IMG/VR virus record: IMGVR_UViG_3300042361_000498
From: a virus
Taxonomy: Duplodnaviria; Caudoviricetes
DNA: 64,000 bases
Strand: one strand, 5' to 3'
The position numbers and the translations under genes were made by a program. Below are positions 1 to 8,873 of the stretch, piece by piece (position 1 is the first letter of the stretch; each line of letters starts with the position of its first letter). The notes beneath the pieces were generated by a model. That model was not told the origin of the DNA. It made no database searches and worked only from the letters and a program-made list of their open reading frames with translations.

Positions 1-142
1 TGTGTACGATGGAGGTAGTTAAATCCATCTACCCAGCTCACTCCTTTTCAGCTTCCAATAACCATAGAGCTGGTGAGAGGTATGAGAGACCTTTGGAGTA
101 TGTATGGAACGCATTTTTCTTTTAAAAATATTTGTTAAAAGG

Positions 143-180
143 CTTGTATATATCAGGAATTTTACTTACCTTTATTATAT
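143..180 (+). promoter_or_regulatory. Early-type Bacteroidota sigma-A-like promoter (TACCTTTA variant)
   Basis: CTTG 143-146, 20-nt spacer, TACCTTTA 167-174; near-identical copies at 644, 11802, 12076. Confidence 0.85.
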
Positions 181-305
181 GAGAGAGAGGTTGATTGCTT
201 TGATTGTGTTCTTAATGGTAACGGGTCACCCCTGCCGATTGAGGGTGTTAGCAATCTCTGTAAGACACCTCCCAAAAATTGAAATTGGTTTTAACCCCTT
301 ATAAT

Positions 306-506
306 ATGAATAACGAAGAAATTGCTGGTTTGAGTTTGGTTGAGTATGTGGACCTGTTAGAGGGTATGGCGGTGTTGAATGGTTCTACTCCTGCGAAGGT
401 GAACTTTGATTATTGTTTTTGGTATGGTGTGATTAGTGAGGATAGGTTTGAGGAGGCTAAGTGGGCATTGACAATTCGTAAGGTAGTTGAGAACTACTAC
501 GTGTAA
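306..506 (+). CDS. Hypothetical protein (66 aa)
   Basis: ATG at 306 downstream of promoter; the track start at 279 is probably an over-extension. Confidence 0.6.
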   Translation: MNNEEIAGLSLVEYVDLLEGMAVLNGSTPAKVNFDYCFWYGVISEDRFEEAKWALTIRKVVENYYV

Positions 507-541
507 GATATTAAGTGATTTGTAAACATAGTTTTTGGATT

Positions 542-572
542 AAACCCCTCTGGTACTGCTGGTGGGGTTTGT
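542..572 (+). terminator. Probable intrinsic terminator
   Basis: AAACCCC...GGGGTTT stem after the 306-506 ORF; U-tract is short. Confidence 0.45.
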
Positions 573-643
573 TGTATGCGGAGGCCCCGGCATATACCAT
601 TAAATAAATAATTGAAAAAAAAGCAAAAATAATTGTTAAAAGG

Positions 644-699
644 CTTGTTTATTTGCTAACTTTTACTTACCTTTATTATATGTGAGAGAGACAGTTCTC
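644..699 (+). promoter_or_regulatory. Early-type promoter plus 5' leader hairpin
   Basis: CTTG 644-647, N20, TACCTTTA 668-675, then TATGTGAGAGAGACAGTTCTC. Confidence 0.85.
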
Positions 700-719
700 C
701 ACTTTAAACCCCCCTTATT

Positions 720-1307
720 ATGGCTTCTTCTAAGAACACTACGAAATTTAAATTGATGGGTATCACTTTTGAATTACCCTCTGCTTGTTTAAGAACTACT
801 AACTACTGGGGAGAACCCCTTACTAACCCTACTATCACTATTGGACGTAAGGAAGTTCCTTTGATGTTCAAACAATTTATGAAAGTTAAATATCCTAATA
901 TGTTGGTATGGGGTAAATCCTCTACCTTCGCTAATGGTTCTTCTTCTGACTTGTATGCTTGTAACGCTGATGGTTCGGAGTTAGAATATGGTACTAAAGA
1001 GTACTATGATATTGCTTCTTTCTGTAATATGTTCAAAGGTGGACATTACGATGGGATGCATGATTGTTATGAGTACGCTGAGAATGGTAAGAGTGATAAC
1101 GGAACTGAATTAGAGTTCAACGCTAAGTATGTTTCCTTTAATGGTAAAGCCCCCTTCGGTACTTGGCCTGAAGCGAAACGTTCCCTAAGAGATATGCTAG
1201 ATGGTAAGTATGTGTGGGGTGTATTAACTTTAGAGAAAGCAATTGAGAAATTAAAAGGATATTCCTACACCGAAGCTACAATCGCTAAAGCAGTGGCTAG
1301 CTTGTAA
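720..1307 (+). CDS. Hypothetical protein, possibly LPD29-like (large polyvalent protein-associated domain)
   Basis: KSSTFANGSSSDLY...FKGGHYDGMHDCYEY resembles the LPD29 F-x-G-x-x-DGM-x-D-x-Y-x-Y pattern as recalled. Confidence 0.45.
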   Translation: MASSKNTTKFKLMGITFELPSACLRTTNYWGEPLTNPTITIGRKEVPLMFKQFMKVKYPNMLVWGKSSTFANGSSSDLYACNADGSELEYGTKEYYDIASFCNMFKGGHYDGMHDCYEYAENGKSDNGTELEFNAKYVSFNGKAPFGTWPEAKRSLRDMLDGKYVWGVLTLEKAIEKLKGYSYTEATIAKAVASL

Positions 1308-1348
1308 TCGGACACTAATAAAAATAAATTCATTTAAACTCCCTATAT

Positions 1349-1546
1349 ATGAAACACACTAATGGTTACTTACCCAAAATCGAATACCATACTAAACGAA
1401 TAAGTGAATTGTCTTTTTCACTTCAGTATGGACACCCTAAATACATAGGGGGACTGACCACCCGAATCACTAACCACATAAAGCGGTTAGAATATTTTGT
1501 AGCCCGTCACTGTGAGGAGAGCGGAGGCGTTGTGGGTGTGTTGTAG
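1349..1546 (+). CDS. Hypothetical protein
   Basis: ORF track; same strand as neighbours. Confidence 0.5.
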   Translation: MKHTNGYLPKIEYHTKRISELSFSLQYGHPKYIGGLTTRITNHIKRLEYFVARHCEESGGVVGVL

Positions 1547-1887
1547 TACCCGGCGGAGGCGGCTCGTAAATAGATTGGATTCAAAAGGTAGAATGTGGTG
1601 GTTTGTGGCACTAATGCGGAGGCGTTGAGTGGCACTAATAAGTAGGTGGTTATACTCCGAGGTGGGGGGGGACTGGTTACTTGTAAAAGGTCTTGCAACT
1701 TTTTTTTGGAAGGGGGCCCTAATACCTTTTCGCCCCGAGCCAGGTTTTTTTCTCTGGGGTTTACTTTTTGTGGGACAGAGTAGACTCTTGGTTTACCCCA
1801 AAGGGAGGGTTTTTAGATAGTACCTATCCAGCTTACTTGAGCTAACTTACTTATGTGGATTGATACAAAAATAAATTTACCTAAATG

Positions 1888-1919
1888 TTTGGAATTCTCA
1901 TTTATTTTACTTACCTTTA
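1888..1919 (+). promoter_or_regulatory. Early-type promoter
   Basis: TTTG 1888-1891, N20, TACCTTTA 1912-1919. Confidence 0.8.
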
Positions 1920-1966
1920 ATATGTGGTTGAGAGACAACAAACCTTCCCTCCCTCCACTCTATATT

Positions 1967-2188
1967 ATGAAAACCCCAAAGATTACTAAGAAAGAGTTGA
2001 TTGCTATCGCCCCCACCATTAACGCTGCAGAGTTCGAAGCCTTATGTGAGAAGAATGGTATCCACACTAGTTGGCTGGATGTAAGTGTAGAGGATTATAA
2101 TAGAGAATACTACAACGTTGAGATAATGGAGTATAACCTATTCGTTGCCTACTACAATGGTAAGTTAGAAGAGATTTACGACCTATAA
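1967..2188 (+). CDS. Hypothetical protein (MKTPKITKK...)
   Basis: Start moved to ATG 1967; the track start (1853) runs through the promoter. Confidence 0.65.
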   Translation: MKTPKITKKELIAIAPTINAAEFEALCEKNGIHTSWLDVSVEDYNREYYNVEIMEYNLFVAYYNGKLEEIYDL

Positions 2189-2200
2189 AAGATATAAGAT

Positions 2201-2452
2201 ATGAAAAATGGATTAGATTTGAAACCATCAACTATTAAACGTCTTTCCTTAGAACGTTACGTTGAGTTTATTGAAGAGAGAGCAAAAGCATTGGGTATCA
2301 CCCCTAAACGAGCCAATTCAGAATACTATATAAATGAAGGTGTGGTTTCGTATGATAGATATGAAGAGGCTATGGAGTTGATTCAAAAACGGATTAACGT
2401 TAGGAACTCAATGGCAATATCGGATTACATTGATTTTCAAATAGGAAGATAA
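2201..2452 (+). CDS. Hypothetical protein
   Basis: ORF track; tightly packed operon. Confidence 0.65.
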   Translation: MKNGLDLKPSTIKRLSLERYVEFIEERAKALGITPKRANSEYYINEGVVSYDRYEEAMELIQKRINVRNSMAISDYIDFQIGR

Positions 2453-2457
2453 AAGAT

Positions 2458-2577
2458 ATGAACAAAGAAATGGATTTTGTATTAAAGGTAAATGGACAAT
2501 ACCTCATACTATCATCCCTCCAATATGAGAAGTGGTTGATGTATGGGACATTGCCAAAAGAACGGATTAACAAATAG
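2458..2577 (+). CDS. Small hypothetical protein (39 aa, MNKEMDFVLKVNGQYL...)
   Basis: Read manually; exactly fills the gap between 2452 and 2580. Confidence 0.55.
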   Translation: MNKEMDFVLKVNGQYLILSSLQYEKWLMYGTLPKERINK

Positions 2578-2579
2578 AT

Positions 2580-2816
2580 ATGAATACATTAGAAATAGTT
2601 GGTTACTTCGCAATGGGTATGAGTGTACTCTCCTTTGCGTTCTCTAAACAAAAGCTGGTTCGGATAGTGAACTTCTTTGCATGTTTAGTGTGGGTTTGGT
2701 ATGGGTTCTTAATTCAGAATAACCCTACTATCATTGTAAACGTTATGGTATCGATGGTACACCTATATTGGTTTATTAATCGTTGGTGTAGAATCTCTAA
2801 ATTAAATCGTAAATAA
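2580..2816 (+). CDS. Small inner-membrane protein, YgjV/PQ-loop-like
   Basis: Three hydrophobic segments; GYFAMGMSVLSFAFSKQKLVRIVNFFACLVWVWYGFL pattern. Confidence 0.6.
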   Translation: MNTLEIVGYFAMGMSVLSFAFSKQKLVRIVNFFACLVWVWYGFLIQNNPTIIVNVMVSMVHLYWFINRWCRISKLNRK

Positions 2817-2819
2817 GAT

Positions 2820-2912
2820 ATGCATTATAAAGGAAGAAACAAAGATATCATAAAGGTGATTATATCCCTATTGGTATTGGGTATATTACTATGGATTGTT
2901 GAAATGATGTAA
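2820..2912 (+). CDS. Small membrane peptide (30 aa)
   Basis: MHYKGRNKDIIKVIISLLVLGILLWIVEMM read manually; fills the gap. Confidence 0.5.
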   Translation: MHYKGRNKDIIKVIISLLVLGILLWIVEMM

Positions 2913-2914
2913 GG

Positions 2915-3241
2915 ATGAAAGCACCTATAAATTTTAGTACTAAGTTGCACGGATACGAATTGGAGGTAGATGGGGAATCGTATATCCTTACTACAATCGC
3001 AAGTATGGATTCTTCTCTTTGGATAACTCCTATGAGAAATACGCCCGGCGCTATCATGCTACTATTCAATTGGAAGAGGGATGAATACGATATAGTGCCC
3101 ATTAGCCGTTTGAGTGGAAAATCGGATTATTCTCGTTCAAAGCAGGATTTGGGTTTCTCTCCTCATAAGTTCAGAACATTCGATTCGTTCATAGAGTGTA
3201 CTACATCCCTAATCAGAGACCATAAGGAATTATTTAATTAA
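2915..3241 (+). CDS. Array paralogue 1 (MKAPINF subfamily)
   Basis: Shares start, IML.F.W and P..F.TF..FI with the next two ORFs. Confidence 0.75.
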   Translation: MKAPINFSTKLHGYELEVDGESYILTTIASMDSSLWITPMRNTPGAIMLLFNWKRDEYDIVPISRLSGKSDYSRSKQDLGFSPHKFRTFDSFIECTTSLIRDHKELFN

Positions 3242-3244
3242 GAT

Positions 3245-3571
3245 ATGAAAGCACCAATCAATTTTGCTAAACGGATTAATGGATATAAAATGCCCGGCTC
3301 ATGGAGTAATTGCTATTTAGGGAATAACGAAGGGGATGACGATAAGGTATGGATATATACTAAAGATAAATCTACCAATTCAATTATGTTAGAGTTCCGA
3401 TGGGATGAGGAAGAATATAGGGTATGTATCGCAGGGAACGGAGATGGTACAAACTTTCACACCATTCTTAAACCTTGGCGATTTGACCCAAAATTCTTCA
3501 CATCCTTTGATACATTCATTGGATGGTTATTTGAGAAGTTGAATGAGTGGGGAAATCATTTTTATAATTAA
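3245..3571 (+). CDS. Array paralogue 2 (MKAPINF subfamily)
   Basis: VWIY..., IMLEFRW, GDGTNFHT, FDPKFFTSFDTFIGW. Confidence 0.75.
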   Translation: MKAPINFAKRINGYKMPGSWSNCYLGNNEGDDDKVWIYTKDKSTNSIMLEFRWDEEEYRVCIAGNGDGTNFHTILKPWRFDPKFFTSFDTFIGWLFEKLNEWGNHFYN

Positions 3572-3574
3572 GAT

Positions 3575-3898
3575 ATGAAAGGACCTCAAAACTTTACGGA
3601 ACGTGTTAAGGGATTCAAACTAGCTTCAGGGTTCTATAACTATCATTTGGATGCACACCGTCATAGGGATACCATAGTATGGATATATCCTCAATCCGAA
3701 TGCTCTAACGTGATTATGTTAGATTTCGATTGGAGTAACCATACCTATAAGGTGTGTGTAGTGAGGAGTGGAGATGGGGTGAACTTCCATACCACAGAAG
3801 GGAACTCTTTTAATCCTAAATACTTCAAAACATTTCCCCTATTCATAGAATGGTTATCTTTGAAGGTTGCTGATTGGTGGGATTATTTTGGATATTAA
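3575..3898 (+). CDS. Array paralogue 3 (MKGPQNF)
   Basis: VWIY, IMLDFDW, GDGVNFHT, FNPKYFKTF..FIEW, clearly homologous to 3245-3571. Confidence 0.75.
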   Translation: MKGPQNFTERVKGFKLASGFYNYHLDAHRHRDTIVWIYPQSECSNVIMLDFDWSNHTYKVCVVRSGDGVNFHTTEGNSFNPKYFKTFPLFIEWLSLKVADWWDYFGY

Positions 3899-3930
3899 TT
3901 TGGAAATACGGATTTTTTTACTTACCTTTA
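3899..3930 (+). promoter_or_regulatory. Early-type promoter heading the MLTI array
   Basis: TTTG 3899-3902, N20, TACCTTTA 3923-3930. Confidence 0.8.
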
Positions 3931-3949
3931 ATACATAATCAAAACCCCT

Positions 3950-4237
3950 ATGCTAACAATACACAATTACAAAAAGCTGGAACTACATAACATCGGAGTA
4001 GGTAAATGGTATGTGAGTGCTATCTATGAACAAAATAAAGAATACACTATAAACCTACGCTCACCCGAACACCAAGAGACTGTGTATCTAAGTAGGATTG
4101 CTAAAGTACTTCCCGATGGTAGGAAGGTGTACCAATACTATGATAGAAATGGTAGTGTTACTCTACGGAGTGTAACGATTGATTTCATACAAAACCCATC
4201 TAACCTATTACGTTCACTTAAAGGATTTTGTTTATAG
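3950..4237 (+). CDS. Array paralogue 4 (MLTIHNYKKL)
   Basis: MLTIxN start shared across array. Confidence 0.75.
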   Translation: MLTIHNYKKLELHNIGVGKWYVSAIYEQNKEYTINLRSPEHQETVYLSRIAKVLPDGRKVYQYYDRNGSVTLRSVTIDFIQNPSNLLRSLKGFCL

Positions 4238-4240
4238 GAT

Positions 4241-4615
4241 ATGCTAACAATACGAAACCCAACAAAGGGCGCAGACCCAGATACTGGAATCGTAATAGGT
4301 TCATTCAAATTGGTAAATGCTGGGTTGTACAATCGACCCGATGAAATAACGGGCATTTCGGATAACTACGATTATTACGCATTCTATTGGAGTTACAATG
4401 ATGAGCGTAGTAGGTTCAAATGCTTTTTAGAAAGAAAACCAATAGAGGGTACAACATCTATATACAACTTTGAGATTTACGATGAGAAAAAAGGTTTCAC
4501 TCATTATGGTAAAGCCGGTTTGATTTATGCTACATCTGTGGGTACAAATACTCACCTAAAAGATAGAATAGGGTTCTATACTTGGATGATAAATCAAATA
4601 GTAAAACATATGTAA
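4241..4615 (+). CDS. Array paralogue 5 (MLTIRNP)
   Basis: MLTIxN start; IGSFKLVNAGL...YAFYWS shared with 5214-5552. Confidence 0.75.
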   Translation: MLTIRNPTKGADPDTGIVIGSFKLVNAGLYNRPDEITGISDNYDYYAFYWSYNDERSRFKCFLERKPIEGTTSIYNFEIYDEKKGFTHYGKAGLIYATSVGTNTHLKDRIGFYTWMINQIVKHM

Positions 4616-4616
4616 T

Positions 4617-4907
4617 ATGCTAACAATTAAGAATTTTTATAAACTGTGTGGTAAACCCCTTGGAAGAGATGGTTGGGAGGTTGCTTTTTGTAGAGAAACG
4701 GATAATTGGTACGAAATTAAATTAGAACACCAACACCTATCATCTATAAAGGTATATTTGGAAAGGAAACCCACAAATACAAGTAATGGTAAGGTAGCGT
4801 ATATGTTTAGGAACGGAGATGGTGAACTTACACAATACGGAGTAACTCCGGATTGGATTTTGAATATGGGGAATATGTTAAAGGCATTAGATAGATTTAC
4901 ATGCTAA
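4617..4907 (+). CDS. Array paralogue 6 (MLTIKNFYKL)
   Basis: MLTIxN start, GW, Y-x-I, LERK pattern. Confidence 0.75.
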   Translation: MLTIKNFYKLCGKPLGRDGWEVAFCRETDNWYEIKLEHQHLSSIKVYLERKPTNTSNGKVAYMFRNGDGELTQYGVTPDWILNMGNMLKALDRFTC

Positions 4908-5209
4908 CAATTAAGAACTACGATAAGTTAGAGGGAAGATTATTAGAGTTTACCGCAGGGTGGGTAGTGGAATATTGTGAAGAGTGGGATTACACCTATA
5001 CAATTGGGGTACGACATCCCGCATATAAAATTACTGCTAATAGAAAGGAATTTCATTTAAGTAGAACACTTGAATCATTGGGTAATGGTGAATGGAGATA
5101 CTTCTTTTATTATGAGCATAAAAAAATTGAATTTTGTGTAGATGCGGAATACCTTTCGGATATGAATATGATGCTAGCAACCTTATGTAAAATAGTTAAT
5201 AAATATTAA
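4901..5209 (+). CDS. Array paralogue 7 (MLTIKNYDKL)
   Basis: MLTIxN start, GW, Y-x-I, LSR pattern. Confidence 0.75.
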   Translation: MLTIKNYDKLEGRLLEFTAGWVVEYCEEWDYTYTIGVRHPAYKITANRKEFHLSRTLESLGNGEWRYFFYYEHKKIEFCVDAEYLSDMNMMLATLCKIVNKY

Positions 5210-5213
5210 TAAC

Positions 5214-5552
5214 ATGCTAAGGATTAAAAATGTACGGAGAGATATAGGACATGATGATGGATACCAAATTGGTGGATTCAAATTAGTAGATGGGGGTTTA
5301 CACGGAGCTGTTTCCGGCAATTTGGAAAATCCATTCTATACATTCTTTTGGTCTATGGGGGATGCTAAGAGGAGGTTTAAGGTAGTGGTGAAGAGAGAGG
5401 CGGAAGATGAGGTGTACTACCATCTTTGGATTGAGGATTTGATTATGGGAATACGAATACACGATGTACGCGTTATGAGTAGTTTGTTTAAGGATAGGGA
5501 AAGGTTCTATAATTGGATGGTGGATAGGATTGTGGATTCACTATCAAATTAA
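5214..5552 (+). CDS. Array paralogue 8 (MLRIKNV)
   Basis: IGGFKLVDGGL...YTFFWS shared with 4241-4615. Confidence 0.75.
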   Translation: MLRIKNVRRDIGHDDGYQIGGFKLVDGGLHGAVSGNLENPFYTFFWSMGDAKRRFKVVVKREAEDEVYYHLWIEDLIMGIRIHDVRVMSSLFKDRERFYNWMVDRIVDSLSN

Positions 5553-5609
5553 ACCTTTACAAAAAAATCTTAAATTCGACCCGAATGAGAGTTGATGATA
5601 CTGAATATT

Positions 5610-5930
5610 ATGCTAACAATAACGAACTACAAAAAGATAAAGGATAATCAATTCAATTGTATGGGTACATTGTGGTTGATGGGTGAGATTATCGAAAGGG
5701 ATGATTACTACCAATTTGCATTTCTCCCGGAGACCAAAGGGGTGTTCGCCATACACAAATCACAATTCGTTAAGTTGTATCGGCAATTAAATGAGAATGG
5801 GTTTGAGTATGATATTGAAATTATGAATTCGATGGGAACCCGAAAGAAAATACATAATCAATACATAAAAAATCCTAAGCAATTACTTAATTGGATTAGT
5901 TCAAAATTTTTAGTATATGTTGAAGATTGA
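5610..5930 (+). CDS. Array paralogue 9 (MLTITNYKKI)
   Basis: Start moved to ATG 5610 to match the family start. Confidence 0.75.
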   Translation: MLTITNYKKIKDNQFNCMGTLWLMGEIIERDDYYQFAFLPETKGVFAIHKSQFVKLYRQLNENGFEYDIEIMNSMGTRKKIHNQYIKNPKQLLNWISSKFLVYVED

Positions 5931-6246
5931 AAACATAGATAAGTTTAAGAGTATGTTGTGTAGTGGTAAAGTTGCACACAAAGTAATTCTAAATGGGATA
6001 TGGTATATATTTTATTTTAGGGTAAGTGAGTTTAGCCCAAAGGTTCAAAAGGTGTATAGGTTAATTGGAGATGATGTTGAGATTTGGTTAGATAGAACTC
6101 CCAACGAATCAGGTAAATATGAAATGTTTGTATCGGCTTGGAAAAACGAAGTAAAGATTTTGGTTGAGTGGGATGATTTACAAAGACCATATCTACTTGC
6201 AACAACTATGGCGAAGTTATTAGAAAAATTACAAAGGGTATGCTAA
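5917..6246 (+). CDS. Array paralogue 10 (MLKIENIDKF)
   Basis: Variant family start; LDR motif; C-terminal amphipathic helix. Confidence 0.65.
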   Translation: MLKIENIDKFKSMLCSGKVAHKVILNGIWYIFYFRVSEFSPKVQKVYRLIGDDVEIWLDRTPNESGKYEMFVSAWKNEVKILVEWDDLQRPYLLATTMAKLLEKLQRVC

Positions 6247-6599
6247 CGATAAAGAATTTCAAATCCTCATTACTTAATAGTTGGTGGGGTGGTTGGAAGA
6301 TTACCGATGTGTTGGAGGATACATACAAATTTGATATTGATTCGAACCTCATTGGGTGTAAACAATATTCGGTTCAATTTCATTATTACCGAGCGGATGG
6401 GTTGGGTGGACCAAAGAATGTGGGTAGGTTAATATTGGAGAGAGAAACCGATGAGTTTTTAGGAGGACAGTATCGATATAAAATATACTTAAATCAAAAG
6501 ATGATTAATGGGGGTGGAGTATTCAAAACTGCGTTAGAAGATAAAAAGGCATTTATAGAATCGGTAGTAGGTGTAATAGATTACGAATTAAAAAAATAA
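6240..6599 (+). CDS. Array paralogue 11 (MLTIKNF)
   Basis: MLTIxN start, GW, LER motif. Confidence 0.75.
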   Translation: MLTIKNFKSSLLNSWWGGWKITDVLEDTYKFDIDSNLIGCKQYSVQFHYYRADGLGGPKNVGRLILERETDEFLGGQYRYKIYLNQKMINGGGVFKTALEDKKAFIESVVGVIDYELKK

Positions 6600-6604
6600 T
6601 AGAT

Positions 6605-6865
6605 ATGAAAAGATTTAATGATTTAGAGTTTAACCTACACCCTATGGGAAGTGGTGTTCAAGCACTTATAGAGTTTGAGAATAGTTATGGTGCATCCGTA
6701 GTTAGAACTCCTTATACCTATGGAGGTGGTGAGGGTTTGTATGAGTTGGCAGTATTCAAAGATGGCGAAATCCATTACGATAATCCGATTGCCGATGGAG
6801 ATGTTAAGGGATACCTAACTGAAGAAGGTGTAACTGCTTTATTAGCTGAAATCCAATTATTATAA
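6605..6865 (+). CDS. Conserved phage hypothetical protein (unrelated to the array)
   Basis: FENSYGASVV...YGGGEGLYELAV motif, recalled as widespread in phage hypotheticals. Confidence 0.7.
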   Translation: MKRFNDLEFNLHPMGSGVQALIEFENSYGASVVRTPYTYGGGEGLYELAVFKDGEIHYDNPIADGDVKGYLTEEGVTALLAEIQLL

Positions 6866-7245
6866 TGCTAACAATACTAAACTTTGAGTATCAACTAAAT
6901 TCTTTCAAAACAAAAGTTAATAGCTTTAGGGGTTGGTACATAATGGAGGTGGAAGAAACGCGTAATGATTACTATTCTATAATCTTACAAAAGAATGTCC
7001 CAACTGATTTTGATTGGGTTGAGATACGATTGGGTATGGAGGCGGATAAAGAATTCCCATATGATAGGGATTCGGATGATGTGTATAAACTACAATTCGT
7101 ACATAAAGATGGTTCAGTTATATACGAACATTGGTTGGGACGTAAATGGTTAAAGAAAACAACCGCATATGAATTTATGGAAAGAGTTGGTGCTATTATT
7201 GAAAACTATGTAGAGAATCATCCAAATCTAAAATTACCATTCTAA
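6865..7245 (+). CDS. Array paralogue 12 (MLTILNF)
   Basis: MLTIxN start, GWY, YYSI. Confidence 0.7.
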   Translation: MLTILNFEYQLNSFKTKVNSFRGWYIMEVEETRNDYYSIILQKNVPTDFDWVEIRLGMEADKEFPYDRDSDDVYKLQFVHKDGSVIYEHWLGRKWLKKTTAYEFMERVGAIIENYVENHPNLKLPF

Positions 7246-7532
7246 TGAAACTAACTATAAAGAACTACGATAAGATTATAGGTTGTGTAGTGGGTAAATA
7301 CCAAATTACACAAGTCCGGCAGTTGAGTAAGTTATATGAAATTGTGTTTAAGGGTAAGACCCGTAGAGACCATAAGATTGTAACCATATATAGAGAACCG
7401 CTATCCGAATACGAAAAGCAGGTTTACAAAGTAGTATGTGATGGTGAGTACACAACCATTTGGAATATCACATTAAAGGATAAGATTGCCACTTTACAAT
7501 ATCTTTCATATTGGTTGGAAAATACTTTCTAA
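7245..7532 (+). CDS. Array paralogue 13 (MKLTIKNYDKI)
   Basis: LTIKNY.K..G start, IYR motif. Confidence 0.7.
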   Translation: MKLTIKNYDKIIGCVVGKYQITQVRQLSKLYEIVFKGKTRRDHKIVTIYREPLSEYEKQVYKVVCDGEYTTIWNITLKDKIATLQYLSYWLENTF

Positions 7533-7536
7533 ATAA

Positions 7537-7568
7537 TTAGGATATATCAATTTTTTTACTTACCTTTA
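7537..7568 (+). promoter_or_regulatory. Early-type promoter heading the RNA-repair operon
   Basis: TTAG 7537-7540, N20, TACCTTTA 7561-7568. Confidence 0.75.
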
Positions 7569-7593
7569 TCCTATAATTAAAACCCCCAATAGT

Positions 7594-8253
7594 ATGAAGA
7601 TTATTTTGAATAAAGGTCAAAAGTTGTGGTTCACTTCAGATACCCACTTTAATCACGCAAATATTTGTAGAGGCACTACCGAATGGGATAAGAGCAAACC
7701 GAATCACTTTAGAGATTTTGATTCTTTGGGTGAGATGAATGATAGGTTAGTTGCTGGTATCAATACCGTAGTTGGGGAGAATGATATCCTAATCCATTTA
7801 GGTGACTGGTCTTTCGGTGGGTTTGATTCCATTAGAGAGTTCCGTAGCAGATTGAATTGCAAGAACATCCATTTAGTATTAGGAAACCACGACCATCACA
7901 TTGGAAGAAATAAAGATGGGGTGCAGGATTGTTTCATTAGTGTAAACCATTTAGTTAATTTGGTTGTTAAGTGGAATGTTGGAACTCTAAATCAAAAGGA
8001 AGCACAATTTGTTTTGATGCACTTTCCAATTGCTAGTTGGGAAAATTTAGGTAGGGGTGTTATTCACTTACACGGACACGTTCACTTACCTAACCATCGT
8101 AGAGTTGGTAATGGTAAAGTTATGGATGTGGGTGTAGATGGAAATGGTTTAGACCCTATTAGTTTAGAAGAGATATTAAAGATTATGGAGAAACAACCAA
8201 TAGGTAGTATGATGCCAAATGACCACCACACTATGGTTGAAAATTATAGATAA
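7594..8253 (+). CDS. Calcineurin-like metallophosphoesterase
   Basis: SDTHFNH, HLGD, GNHD, HGHVH motifs. Confidence 0.9.
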   Translation: MKIILNKGQKLWFTSDTHFNHANICRGTTEWDKSKPNHFRDFDSLGEMNDRLVAGINTVVGENDILIHLGDWSFGGFDSIREFRSRLNCKNIHLVLGNHDHHIGRNKDGVQDCFISVNHLVNLVVKWNVGTLNQKEAQFVLMHFPIASWENLGRGVIHLHGHVHLPNHRRVGNGKVMDVGVDGNGLDPISLEEILKIMEKQPIGSMMPNDHHTMVENYR

Positions 8254-8256
8254 AAT

Positions 8257-8457
8257 ATGGAAAAGTTTAATTATGTGATTGCACGAATGTGGTTTAAGGA
8301 TAGTAATCAATTAAACTGCTACACATATCACAATACAGTATTCTATGGTACTATGGAAGAAGCCGAAGAACAATTAGAGTTCATCAAAGGTAGAGCCGAT
8401 ACGAATATAGCAGATGAGTTTTGTATTTACAAAGTAGAAGATAAACCAATAAAGTAA
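8257..8457 (+). CDS. Hypothetical protein
   Basis: ORF track. Confidence 0.6.
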   Translation: MEKFNYVIARMWFKDSNQLNCYTYHNTVFYGTMEEAEEQLEFIKGRADTNIADEFCIYKVEDKPIK

Positions 8458-8873
8458 TGATACCAAAAATATTAACATTAGTAAGAGGATTGCCAGGTAG
8501 TGGCAAATCAACATTCGCCAATTGGATTTGGAATGAGTATGCAATATGTGAAGCTGATAAGTTCTTCTATGATAAAGAAGGTAACTATAACTTTGATGGT
8601 TCTAAATTAAGGCAAGCACATGAATGGTGTAGAAACCAAGTTGAGACTCGTATGAAAGATAACGAAGTCAATCCTCAATTTTATCCTGAAATTGTAGTAT
8701 CAAACACATTTACGCAAGAGTGGGAAATGGAAGCATACTATAAGTTAGCAGAACAATACGGATATAAAGTATTCAGTATTATTGTAGAAAATAGACATGG
8801 TGGTGTAAATGAGCACGGAGTACCTGCTGAAAAGTTAGAACAAATGAAAAATCGTTTTGAAGTAAAGTTATGA
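8457..8873 (+). CDS. P-loop kinase, polynucleotide-kinase (AAA_33)-like
   Basis: LVRGLPGSGKST Walker A; EADKFF; VVSNTF; next to an RNA ligase. Confidence 0.8.
   Translation: MIPKILTLVRGLPGSGKSTFANWIWNEYAICEADKFFYDKEGNYNFDGSKLRQAHEWCRNQVETRMKDNEVNPQFYPEIVVSNTFTQEWEMEAYYKLAEQYGYKVFSIIVENRHGGVNEHGVPAEKLEQMKNRFEVKL

Noticed and set aside
104-304. 66-aa ORF in the track
   Set aside because: It is the translation of the promoter repeat (…FTYLYY…), which yields similar pseudo-peptides at other promoters
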